Shown here piece after piece: positions 24,149-35,600 of a stretch of 64,000 nucleotides of DNA. A program made the translations under genes and the position numbers. Source of the DNA: Cyanophora paradoxa CCMP329 (Eukaryota; Plantae; Glaucophyta); assembly GCA_004431415.1 (NCBI GenBank), contig QPMI01000555.1, forward strand, positions 20,484-84,483. The letters are read 5' to 3'. Position 1 is the first letter of the stretch. Every line of letters begins with the position of its first letter. Under the pieces are notes generated by a model. It was not told where the DNA came from. It made no database searches and worked only from the letters and a program-made list of their open reading frames with translations.

Positions 24149-24372
24149 CCGTGTAACACTTATTTACTGCGCCAGAGTTTTTTTTCTGCGCCGGTAGGCG
24201 CTTTACTGCGCCACCAAATTACTGCGTTCCATCGGCCTCGGAAAATATTATACTGGGGTAATAGGCCAAGGGGGTATTACTGCGCTACCAAATTACTGCG
24301 TTCTTAAATTTTTGAGCGCAGTAATATGGTAGCGCAGTAGTTATGTCAGCGCGGTAATTAAGTATTACACGG
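24149..24372. mobile_element. Tc1/mariner-type MITE with ~24-bp TIRs flanked by TA
   Basis: TA-ccgtgtaacacttatttactgcgc ... gcgcggtaattaagtattacacgg-TA with internal ttactgcg repeats. An empty-site version (ccagctaggagccgatgac) lies at ~23960 and a partial duplicated left end at 24077-24127. Confidence 0.85.
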
Positions 24373-25303
24373 TATAAGCTAGGAGCCGATGACTTGGTCA
24401 GGCCAGCTGGCCAGCCGACCAGCCGCAATTAATTATACAGCAAATGAATTCGACGTTGTTAGATGAATTCGAAATCGGTGTCTTATAATCAGAAACACTT
24501 CGTGACTTTTAATTTACGACTATAGCTAGCTCCTACTAGGCTAGCCAGCCTAGCTAGCCAGCTGCAGCCCGAAATTCGGCTCGACTCGCGGAGAGCAGCT
24601 GTAGGCTGTAGCTAATTTAATTGGCCAATTGCAATGCCCCTGATCATGATCATGATCATGAGCTATAGCTAGCCCCAATTTTTGCCCCCAGTGCCCCCCC
24701 CCCCATCCCCCCCCCGGGCCCGTGCCCCGGTATACGTACGTATATACCGGCGCACGCGCGTGTGTGCGAAATAGCCAGCTAGGCTAGCTGCTATATATAG
24801 CTATTGCTAGCGGTGTGTGCCAGCTATAGCTATAGCGCTAGCTAGCGCTAGCTATAGCTAGCTGCAGCCTGCAGCTGCTGCGCATGCAGCTGCAGCTGCC
24901 GGCCGGCGGCGGGCTGCATATATATGCATGCGCATGCCATCATATATATGCATATGCATGGCATAATGCGCATGCGCGCGCGCGCAGGCGCCCGGCCGGC
25001 TAGCGCTATAGCTAGCGCTGCAGGCTCATGATCATGATCGATCATGATCAGCGGCTGCCGCGCGCAGTACTAGCTATACTGTGCATGCCGGCGCGCGCGC
25101 GCGGCTGCAGCCGCGCGCGCGCCTCATAATCGATATCATGATCAGCGGCCTGCCGCATGCATATGCATGCGCATGCGCATGCGCAGTGCACTGCAGCTCA
25201 GCGGCTGCCCTGCGCTGCAGTCTGCAGATCTAGATCTTCACGCCGATCGATATCTACTACCGCACCGCTAGCCTACCGGTAGGCCCTAGCTAGGCCTGAG
25301 GCT

Positions 25304-26115
25304 AGCGTTGCCGACCGTCGGACTCGGCGAGTTTACGCCGACTCGACGCCGAGTCGACGCCGACTTGACGCCGAGTCGGCGCCGACTTGACGCCGAGTCG
25401 GCGTCGATTCGGCGTCGATCGACGTCGACTCGGCGAGTTTTATCAATCAAATAATTTGGATGAATTCGAATTAGACACTTGAGAATACCAGTTTTTCACA
25501 CGACTCGTGTGACATGTACACGAGCCACCTGGCTGAAGCGACCGTCGGTCCCGGCGTCGCCGCGTCGGACATATGCATTGCTGCGACAGTGATGATGAGT
25601 GTCATTGAGTGTCATTGGTACGCCGGACCGTCGCCAGAACCTACTAGTAGGCTACTAGTATGCCTATTAGTAGTCCGCGCTTACTAGTCCGCCAAAATGG
25701 CCAACTTGCAAGTTGCAAGTCTTAAAACTTGAAAAATGCACTTCAAGTTTTAAAATCTACTAGGCTAGAGTTGCAAGTTGCAACTTGCAACTTCAAGGCT
25801 TGCAAGCCTTGAAGTTGCACGCTTAAGTTGGCCATTTGGGCTACTGTACAGTGTACTATGATATTCGCTGCATATATAATTCGCATATGCATCCGGGCCG
25901 CGGCCCGCGGGCCGTGATGATATCATAGTATCGATATGATCCGTCATTGACATCTATCCGGCGGATTCCGGCCCGTATACGTAATATTACGTATACGTAC
26001 GGGCCGGTACGGCCCCGAGGCAGTATATATCCGATGATCCGGCCCCGGCGGCCCGTACCTTACCGTACCGTACCGTACCGTATGCCCGTATACGTACCGT
26101 ATAAAACTGTACGTG
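25304..26115. repeat. Cluster of short-period subterminal-type repeats (11-bp gacgccgagtc array 25320-25440; ttgcaag array 25700-25830; ccgta array 25975-26115)
   Basis: Directly visible tandem and inverted motifs; possible hAT-like termini tagcgttgccgac and tagagttgcaag. Confidence 0.55.
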
Positions 26116-26562
26116 GAACCCTCCCTCATAATTATGCGAAACACTGGAGCCCGAATCGAAATTAGTGGATGTAAAATTTTCAGGCTTGTATTGGATGGTA
26201 ATTAAGGGGGGTATAGTATGAGGCGCCTCTCATCAGGGAATCGGTCCCAAATTTGTGGACTGAGTCAAGATTTCGGTGGACTGTGGACTAATACAAATTT
26301 AAACATAGAGCCCCATACAAACATACAAAACGCGAAGACGCGTTCTTTGGTTTCAAGTTTCCTGTTAGGTTTTCCCATGCAAACGCGAAGACGCGTTCTT
26401 TGCCAGCCATGCACTGGCATGCAGTGGCCCACTGGAACATGCTTGACATGTACAGCTCTTAAGCTTGAACATGCCATGGCCAGCCACCCTCATGCTTCAA
26501 TGATGCTTGAACATGTACAGCTTTTAAGTTAACACTTACTAAGTTAGCAGCACGGGCAGCCT

Positions 26563-29500
26563 GTGCAAAATGTGCACTTGTCCTCTTCCTGTGCCCTTGT
26601 CCTTCTCCTGTGCACGAGCCGTTCGGCATGCGCATCTGTACGTGTCAAAATGTGCAGCTGTTCGGTCCCGAGCCAAAATGTGCAACCATTCGGCATCTGT
26701 ACGTATACGTTTGCAATTGCAGCTGCAGGCGTATTGCTTCGCCATAGCTATGATTGTCACATCTACATGTACACTACGTATGCCTTTCGCGAACAGTGCT
26801 GGTGCGGCCGTACATACGTATACTATACATGGGAAATGACGCGCGCAGCTCATGATTAGCGCTCTCGTGTATATGCAGCTCTGGCCATGGAGCTCAGCGC
26901 CCAGACTCGATGCGCTTCCCTTGTCAAATCACCTTCTGACCAGACTTCTGAATGGCGTGCCTGCATATATCCCCGGGCCCCTTCCCTTGGATGCGCCAAC
27001 CAGAACTCTGAACTTCTGAACTTTGGAATTCTCTCCAGGATCATTCGCGCACGTGTACTATTTTGGAGTGATACACATCGAGCACTGTTTCAGCTTACTC
27101 AACTGTCCGCCAGTGCTGGGGAGTGTGTTCACGTGCGCACGCCGCACTTTGGCCATATATATATGTATTGTTTTTCAAACAATTACTGAGATCGCGTATA
27201 TATACGGGTGCTTCGCAGATCTACGATGGCACAAGCACGCTCAGCCCCAGACTCACCCCCCAGGGCGGGCTTTGCGGAACTCTGAGCTCCCTTCCCTCGG
27301 TCGACCACACATACATCAGCACTCCTACAGATAGCTATCGCGAATACGGAGGCACCCTCCTAATCACTTTGCAACGCAACGTTAACACGACGTCAACGTC
27401 AGCTACGACTTTCGGGGGAGTATATCGCGCAGGCAGTGCGTAAACAATTATATTTGTTTGCAAATCTGATCGATATCGTGCGCGTGATCATTAATTTGGC
27501 CACACCGCGGCTGGTAACAGCGTTTCGGTCGGTACCGTTCATAACGCTGACGACACCGACCGAAGTGGCTTCAATCGAGGGATCAACCGGATTCGAGAAC
27601 TACCTTGATGGAGATGAGTGGTGCGTATACGAACGCGCTCGCGATCGTGCGCTCCGGATCCAGTTTTCGAGTACTCCGGATCGCGATTGTGCCGGGTAAC
27701 GTTCTTCAAAATTCACGCAGGGTGATCACTGCTCCTGTGGGGAATGGAATTCAGTTGACGATTACGAGCCTCAACGTTCCGGACTCGGATTTCCAAGGGG
27801 TAAAAGTACGCAGCATGCACAGTGGCATGCATATGCACAGCTGTATGCAATTAAAAAGGTGGCAACAGGTATACGACGGCATCTGCTCTCTCGAAGATAG
27901 CCCTATTGGACGTGTGAAAGGACTCCTATCAGATATACCGACCAAAACATTTTACACGCTTTCGAATTTCGCCGTCATTCAAAGGTCGCCGTCCGTGTCA
28001 CGGGAGCCTGAGGGATTTGCCGCAGAATGCAAGGGTAAACTTATATATATAATTACGGTCGTAGTACATCAAATGTTAACGTTCTCTAGACTCGCATACA
28101 TACAACTCTAAATCTCAGACTTGCTCGCGCGCAGTTGATGTCCCCACGTCCACTCTGCAGCTTTATGGTAATCCAGACTTCGACCCGGGCTGCGCTGATT
28201 TCAATTACTATGGGTCTGGATCCGATACGGCAACTCATGATCATCAGCGTTGGTATACAGATACATATATCTTATTACGTACGCTTCGAAATAACGATTT
28301 TTCTTTTGATTGCTTGTACTCAAAATATAGGTTTATTTATTCGGCATCCGGATTTCGGGTACTGTTTCAGCTTGTCGAACTGTCCGCCAGTTATGGAGAG
28401 TGTGTTCACGTACGCACGCCGCCGAATGAATACTGAAGATTTACGCGTGACTGGAGATCATGTGTGCTTCGCAGATCTACGATGGCACAAACACGTCGAG
28501 TCTGGGTTCCAGACTCACACCCCAGAGCGGGCTTTGCGGAACCCTTACCTATGGAGAAAGTCTACCTTCCGGCGACCACACGTACATAAGCACAGGCAGC
28601 AGCATGTTCGTCACAATTCACCGCAGCACAGCAGTGAGCTTCTTGGCGCAATATCGAGTAATTGGTGTCCGGTTGCGACATCGATGATCATGGATATTAA
28701 TACGCCATATTTAATAGACGCTCAGGGCCGGTCCGCAAACTCACGGCATCGACCGAGCTCGCTTTTATCGATATCGCCGTCGATGCGAATAGCAGTACAC
28801 AGACAAGGCATTGGTGCAGATTTTGGATAGAATTAATCATTGAGCTCGAGTTTTTAACACTTCATGATTTCTGCAGGATGATTTCTGCACCCGTTCAAAA
28901 CATGGTAGAACTGAAATTCACGAGCCTGAACGCCAAGCCCACTCAAGATCTCGTTTCTGTGCGTGCACGTGGATACGTATACATTACGATACGTATACGT
29001 ATACAGAAGGCCCCAGGGTACAAATTTATTGCATGTATATCGGCTTACGAGCAAGTGCGTATATGCGCAGGCATATGATGGCGTGTGCGGACACACACCC
29101 TTTCGGAAAATCAGTGGATCTTTCAACGATATGCCCTCTGCAGCGCGTGTTGTCTGGACATTAAGCAATATTCTGCTGATAAAGGTCACTATTGATACAC
29201 ATATTAGCCGCTTTGAACCGATATTCAAAGCTGAATACAGAGGTAAAGCAAGATGCACCAGACAGACTTCGCGCTCGCAGCTTCGATATCGATATCGCTT
29301 TGCGCAGCTGCTCCGGCTCGCATCACGGACTTCGAAACTGACAACCACTGGTGTAACGAATTGCATTTCACACACGCACCCAAAAGTTCAGAAGAGTCCA
29401 CTCGCGCACAGCAGCACACGCGTCTATGGAATTTGCAAGCTTCCCAAAGGATCGGCCGAATTGTTTTCCATCTGGAAAGTTTCAACGCTGCGTCAGCTTG

Positions 29501-32343
29501 CGACTGCATCCATGTAATCACGTTCTTACCTTTCTGCAGGATATTGAATTATATTAATCATAAGATGCATTTATATAGGTTTTTGACGGAAAAGACGCCC
29601 ATGCGCCCCCTCTCACCCCGTCAGACGGGATCTGCGGAAGCGGTTCCGCGAGTTCTGCGGTCACGTTTACGTACATCAGCACACTTGATGCGCTCCACGT
29701 CGTATTCACGTATAGAGACTCCTCTTTTGGAGCCGGGTTCCGCGCCGTTTGCAGCAGCACTCAATCACGTGTGTATATATACATATATTGTGCAGCTGAG
29801 ACTCGATATATAATTCACTGATGGCCATGATCAGCCGATAACGTTGTAATTTTGTCGGCGGCGCCCACCACTCGATCATTGGCACACAAAGTTCAGCCAT
29901 GGGATCCTATACAAATGTGGTTAGCCCGCAGTCACTTCACTTTTGTCGCGCTTTTGCTAATCACGTCTTTGGGCAGGCTTATTCTCGCCCCACACGCGCA
30001 GAGTGGTGGTATTGAATTGACCTTCACAAGCTTTGATGCTGTGTCTGGAACAGGTTACGACGCTGTCTCGGCTCGTTGACGTTTCATTTCTCGTTCCGGA
30101 TCCATCTCGTTAGCATTTCTGATCCGAGTGCTACGCAGTTGTACGATGGCGCGGCAGTGACATGCCCCTATCAGTATGTGAGAAGTTACTACTTGCCAGA
30201 CGCAGCTCTAGCGAGACTGAACGGGCAAATGGCGTCCTTGAGCAGGACGTCTTTTGTCACTTCTCAGACGTCTAGCGCACTCCTCGTGGTTTTTTATACA
30301 TACGGCGTGGACCCGGGCAAAGGGTTCTCAGCGCAATACAGATTCAAAGGCGAAGGTGTTTAAATTGGATTCATGATGATCACATGTACAGCCTTATAAT
30401 AATTATGTAAATCTGCGATCGCAGTTTCGGCTATCGTTAGATCTCCTTCGCCCACATGCACAGTGTTTCCTACAGCTACTCCTTCACCTTCACCTTCCCC
30501 TTCACCGACAACCGCTGCATCGCCGTTTCCGACCGCATCGCCGACAGCAATTCCTTCGCCAACCGCTCGCCCTTCACCAACAGATCATGTTGTGTCGCCT
30601 TCACCCCCAGCAATCACACTTCGCCCCATTGCTACCCCGGGCCCTTCACCTGCGCACACGCCTACAGCTATAGCGAGACCAATCGGGCTCGGTGGATGCA
30701 AACGCTCGCAGAAATGGTGCTGGAATGGAACTGATGCTTGCGCGACCTCGGAGCCTGTATCTGGGACGATTCGACAACAGACAGGCACCGAGCTCATTCC
30801 TCGTGGTACTGCAGGTGCGCAAGCTTTTTTTTTTTAAGCACAGATCTAAATCTCGCATGCCTCCCAAGAGCCCAGTTAAAACATTCGCACAGGCTTCTGC
30901 GAGTGCTTGCTGGGAAGAATTCGAAAGGAATGTCTACCAGAGGATTGTCCCGCATTTACGTGTGAGAGTCTATGTCAGGATCCATTGAGAGCATACCCTG
31001 CATGCGTCGGCTACGAAGGCTTTCGCTTATCCTCGCAACTAGCCGTCATCACGAACTCTGCTCAGCCCAGCAGTGCTACTTACGTATACGGGCTTGTCGC
31101 TGCGAGCTACGGAAGACAAAAAAGATCGAAGGCTAAAATCCGATATTTCGTCGTGAAACTGCAGTCTTTGGAGCCGTGTGCTGAAGGCAATAGCGTGTCC
31201 ATATTTCCGGATACGGGCGTCGTTTCTGTTCGTGTCTCTTCTGCCTACGGCACCGACTCCAGATGCGCGTCAGCTCAGTACACGACAGCAACATTCATGG
31301 TTACAGCTCGAGACGATTCCACGGGGGCGACGGACAGTGCCTCTTTTGTCTTCACCGTCTTCATCCAGAGGACAGCCGAGTCCAGCCTCGAACTTGAAAA
31401 GGACCCAGGGACAGGCAAACGCGTTCGAGGGGTAAGCATGACGGCGGTTCTCGACATCGATTTCGCGGCATGGGACCAAGCGAAAACTTCGACCTTCACT
31501 GCCGGTCTTGAGAAGGCCATCGCACTCGACTACGGTACCAGCTCTGTCAAAGTGATGGTCACTAGGATGGAGGCAAGCTCAAGAAGCTCGAGGAATCGGC
31601 ATCGAACTGCGAAAGCCGCCATCGAAATCTTTCCAACTGCAGTGACATTCTCCCTGCTTCACAGCCCTGGCCTGGGAAGCACATCTGGTAAGCTTCGGAC
31701 TTCGCAATTGCAATTGTTTGTTACGCAGCACCATTCGCAACCTTACCGAAGCGTAGCACTGCGACCAACCGAAGCGGCGAAACTTTTGAAGAGTATGGAA
31801 ACGACCGGCATTCTTGTTCTAGCGGCCGAGCTCCCATGGGAAATCAAGAGTCTAGAACAAACCGCTCTCCTGTTCGAAAGTGAGCAATATTCATTTCAAT
31901 TGCATTTGATCGGCTCGCGCACGAAATTCGAATCATATGCATCGCTGAATTGATTGAACAAAGCAGGTGTACAGGAGACCATTGCAGGCAACGATGCGAG
32001 TTCTAGTGCCAGTACTTCATCCGTGACCGGTCAATCCGGATCAGTTTCTTTACCAGTCATCGCTGGCGGCGTAGCTGGTGGCGTCGGTGTTCTTGCCATT
32101 GTAGCTGGTGTTATCGTATACGTCCTTCGTCGCCGGCGCCGCAGCTGCAAAAGTGAAGCTGCAGCTGGTGCGCATGCCCGGACGGCAACTCTACCCAAGA
32201 GCGTCGACGTCGACGTCGACGGATATACATGCACATATGACATCAGCAATTTGGAGGAGCGAATGCGTCCGGCGGCTCCAGATGCAGCCCCCATCGGTGA
32301 GGGGGAGAGCAATCAAAACGATCATCGAACGATATTTATGTAA
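26563..32343 (+). CDS. Type I membrane protein: ~6 CUB domains - Pro/Ser/Thr stalk - Cys-rich - cadherin-like - SEA-like - TM - short tail (5' start uncertain)
   Basis: Spliced CUB motifs (W-x-I-x-A...L-x-F/I...V-x-(V/I)YDG...CG...TYIST; WVITAPVGNGIQLTITSLNV...VYDG; LLVVFYTYGVDPGKGFSAQY). PSPSPSPT stalk at 30470-30670. SIFPDTGVVSV...FMVTARD is cadherin-like. TM LPVIAGGVAGGVGVLAIVAGVIVYVL is followed by RRRRR; stop at 32343. Confidence 0.8.
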
Positions 32344-32685
32344 TTGTTCAACAAAGGCCGTTGATTTTTCGTTGATTTGCCTTTTCAACCGGGAAAGGAA
32401 AGAAATGAAAAGTGTGCGTGTGGGAGCGAAGACGTCACTATGCATATGAAAGGACTGGCGCATTTCATGTTCTGGAGGTGCGCATGCCTGGGCCGCCTCG
32501 TCGGTCGAGGCGTGCACTAACGCCGGCGGCGTCGGCGTGCGACTCCACGACGGGTCAGACGGCTGCGCATGCGGGGCTGGGGCATGCGCCGGGGCGCGGG
32601 GGCGGCGGGATGGCGGGTACAGGAGAGACAGAGTGGCCGGCCGCGAAGGGGGCACCGCCGGAGCGGGCACTGCCGCCAGAGGCAC

Positions 32686-35600
32686 TCGGAAGAAGATGAA
32701 GGGGGGGGGGAGGAGGAAGGCGGGGGTACGGCACCGGGAAGAAGCCCTCGGGCTCTTCGGCGAAGAAGGGGAACTTGCGCGTTCGCGCCAGCGAGTACTC
32801 GAGCGACGCCGGCACCTGTCCGGCGGGGCGGCCTAAGCTTCAGACGGGGCGGGGCGGGGGGCGCGCTCGCCTGGAGGCTGGAGAGGAGGAGGGGCCGGAC
32901 GGGCCGCCCCGCCGCCCGCGCGCGCTGCGAAGCGGGGGCACAGTGAGGCGACAGAAAGGTCGAGCGCAGGGGCGGGCGGGCCTGGAGGCGGTCGCGGAGG
33001 AGGGGGGAGGAGGCGGAGGCGGGCGAGAGGAGCGGCACGAAGGCCGCGCACGCCGCCAGCGCAGCGTCCGCCCCCGCCTCTCCCGTCGGGTCCGCGCCCT
33101 GCGCGGCTGTGAGGGAAGATGCGAGGGTGGGTGGGGGAGGACGGGGGGTGTGGGTACAGGGCAGTGGAGCCAACAGGGCACGCCGCGGAAGGCGAGGGCA
33201 GAGAGGAGGGAGGCGGCGTTGCGGGCGTCCTCGGGCAGGGCCCAGGCGAGCAGGAAGGGGGCCCGCCGGGGGTCGCAGCGCGCCTCGGGCCGCGCCAGCA
33301 GCGCCTGCGCACGGCTCAGAAATGAGGAGGGGAAGAGCGGGGAAGGTGAGGGGTGAGGGGCGGGCCCGGGCGGCGTCGGCGTCGGCGGCGTCGTCGGCGG
33401 CGGCGGCGGCCTCGAGGGCGCCCCGCACCTCCGCGAGGAAGGCGGGGAAGCCCGCCTCCAGCAGCGCCGGCCTGCGCCGGACCGGGGCGGCGCTCAGGCC
33501 GGGGAGGCTTGGATTGGGCCGGGCGGGGCGGGGGCACCGCGAGAGGTCGACGATGCGGCAGCCGCGGAGGAGGCCCTGCGGGGGTACTGTGAGGAGGGGC
33601 GGCGGGGAGGGGGTACACGCGCACGGCGGGGCGGTCGTCGAGGGGGAAGGGCGCCTCGGCCCACACGGGGAAGATCGGTCGCCCCAGGTCTGGGGGCGCT
33701 GAGAACGAAGAGGTCCAGGCCGCAGGGAGGGCGCACCGCGGGCGCGGGAGAGCTCGAGCATGCACCAGTCCGACGCGCACGAGTGCTGCGGGAGGAGGGC
33801 GCTGCGATCAGAAGCGGAAGAGGCGGGGGAGGGGGCGCGGCGCAGCGCCCGCCTTGGAGGCGACGAAGATGACGGCGCGGGCCGCTTTGATGCCCGCCCC
33901 GATCTGCTCCCGCCACTGCGCGCGGCTTTCAGGGGCGCCTCAGAGGGCGTTGCGGAGGCGTAGGGGCGCGCGCCTCCGTTCCGGCCTCGATGCCTGCCGG
34001 CCGCGGGGCGGAGCGAACTCGAGGTCAGGGGCGAAGCCAACTGCGAATCGCATCGCGTACCCGTCGCCTTCATTTCGTCCATCTGGCGGCGGGCAGCGCG
34101 CGTCAGCCTCGGAACGGGGGCGGAGGAGCGGATTGAAACAAAGGCGCACCCAGCACTGCGGGGGCGAGGGTCGCGGGGGGCGCGTGCGGGGCGGAGTGAG
34201 GCCGAGTCGAGTGGGGAGACGGGGCGAGGGGACGGCGGAAGAGAAAGCGGAAGGAGGACGGACCGAGACCTGCTCGGCCTGGAGGCGGTCCCTCAGCTGC
34301 GCCGTGAACCGCGCCACCTCCGGCGGGTGGTGCCCGTACCTGCGCGCGCGCAGCGCGGGCGGGGGCTCAGGAAGAGAAGGAAAAGCGGAGGGGGGAGGGG
34401 AAATGAGAGGGGGATACGCACGAGATGAAGGCGTCGCGGACGGCGGCGGCGCGCTTCAGCTGCGCGCGGTACGCCGCGTCCCGCGTCCCGTCCAGCACAG
34501 CCCTGCCGGAGCCGTTGAGGAGGGATTTCTTGGGCTCGTTCCTAGCAGTAGAGGTCTCGGGGCGCACCGCTGCTTCCCGCCGTCGGCCCCGCCGACCTGC
34601 CGCCCGATGTCCGCCCCTGCGCAGCAGCAGCGGAGCCGCTCAGATCCAGCGAAAGAAAGGCGATATCAAATAATTTCGAGAAGCGGGGCTCGCGCGCCCT
34701 TCTGGAGGAGGAGGGCGCAGACGTCGAAGAGGGCGGGCCCGAAGGCGACGGCCCGCGAGAGGGCCGTCTCCTCCGCCGCGTCCACCGCGCTGCGCGGGGG
34801 GCCCAGCGAGGCCAAGTTGGGCGAGAGGTCCGGTTGGCCTAGCCTAAGCTAGGTAGGCTGGTCTAAGTTGGGCGAGAGAGGTTCAGTTAGTTAGACTAGC
34901 CTGAGCTATACACATAGCGCACTCGACGGTCTCCGGGGTGGCGGCGGCGGCGAGGCGGAGGGCCGTGAGGCGGAGGCCGACGCGGCAGGCGGCGTGCAGC
35001 GGCGTCTCCCGGTCCCGCGCGTCCGCCTCGGCGGGGTCCTCCTGCTCCGCCTCCTCCTCCTCGTCCTCCTGGCCCCTGCAGCCCCGCCCGCCCGGCACGG
35101 GCCCGCTCAGCGTACGCCGGCAATGACAGGAACCGAAGCGAGGGCGCACTTTGCTTTCTTCTTCGTCTTCTTGGGGTCCTCGGGCGGCTCCGGCTCGACG
35201 CGGCCCTCGAGCCGCAGCACGCGCGTCGCCGCCGCCACGAGCGGCCCCCGCGCGTCCCCGCCCGTGTCCTCCGGCTTCAGCGCGTGGATCTCGCTGCGGC
35301 GCCGTCAGCCAGCGGCACCCTCTAGCTTTCCTGCGCGCTCGCCTGAGGCGTATCGGGCCGCGGCAGCAGAGGAGGAGGTCGGCCCACTGGCGGGCGTCCT
35401 CGGCCGCCATCTCGGACCCGTCCCGCATCGCCTCCCCCAGCGCCGTCGAGTACCTTCCCGCCGCGAGCTTCAGAGGGATCGGGGCCGAGGGGAGGGGCCT
35501 GGGGCTGAAGGCGGGACCCTTTGGCGCGGCCGGAGAGGCTGCCGTCGGCGTCGCGGCGGACGGCGGGCCAGGCGAAGCCCTCAACGGAAACCTCCTTCAG

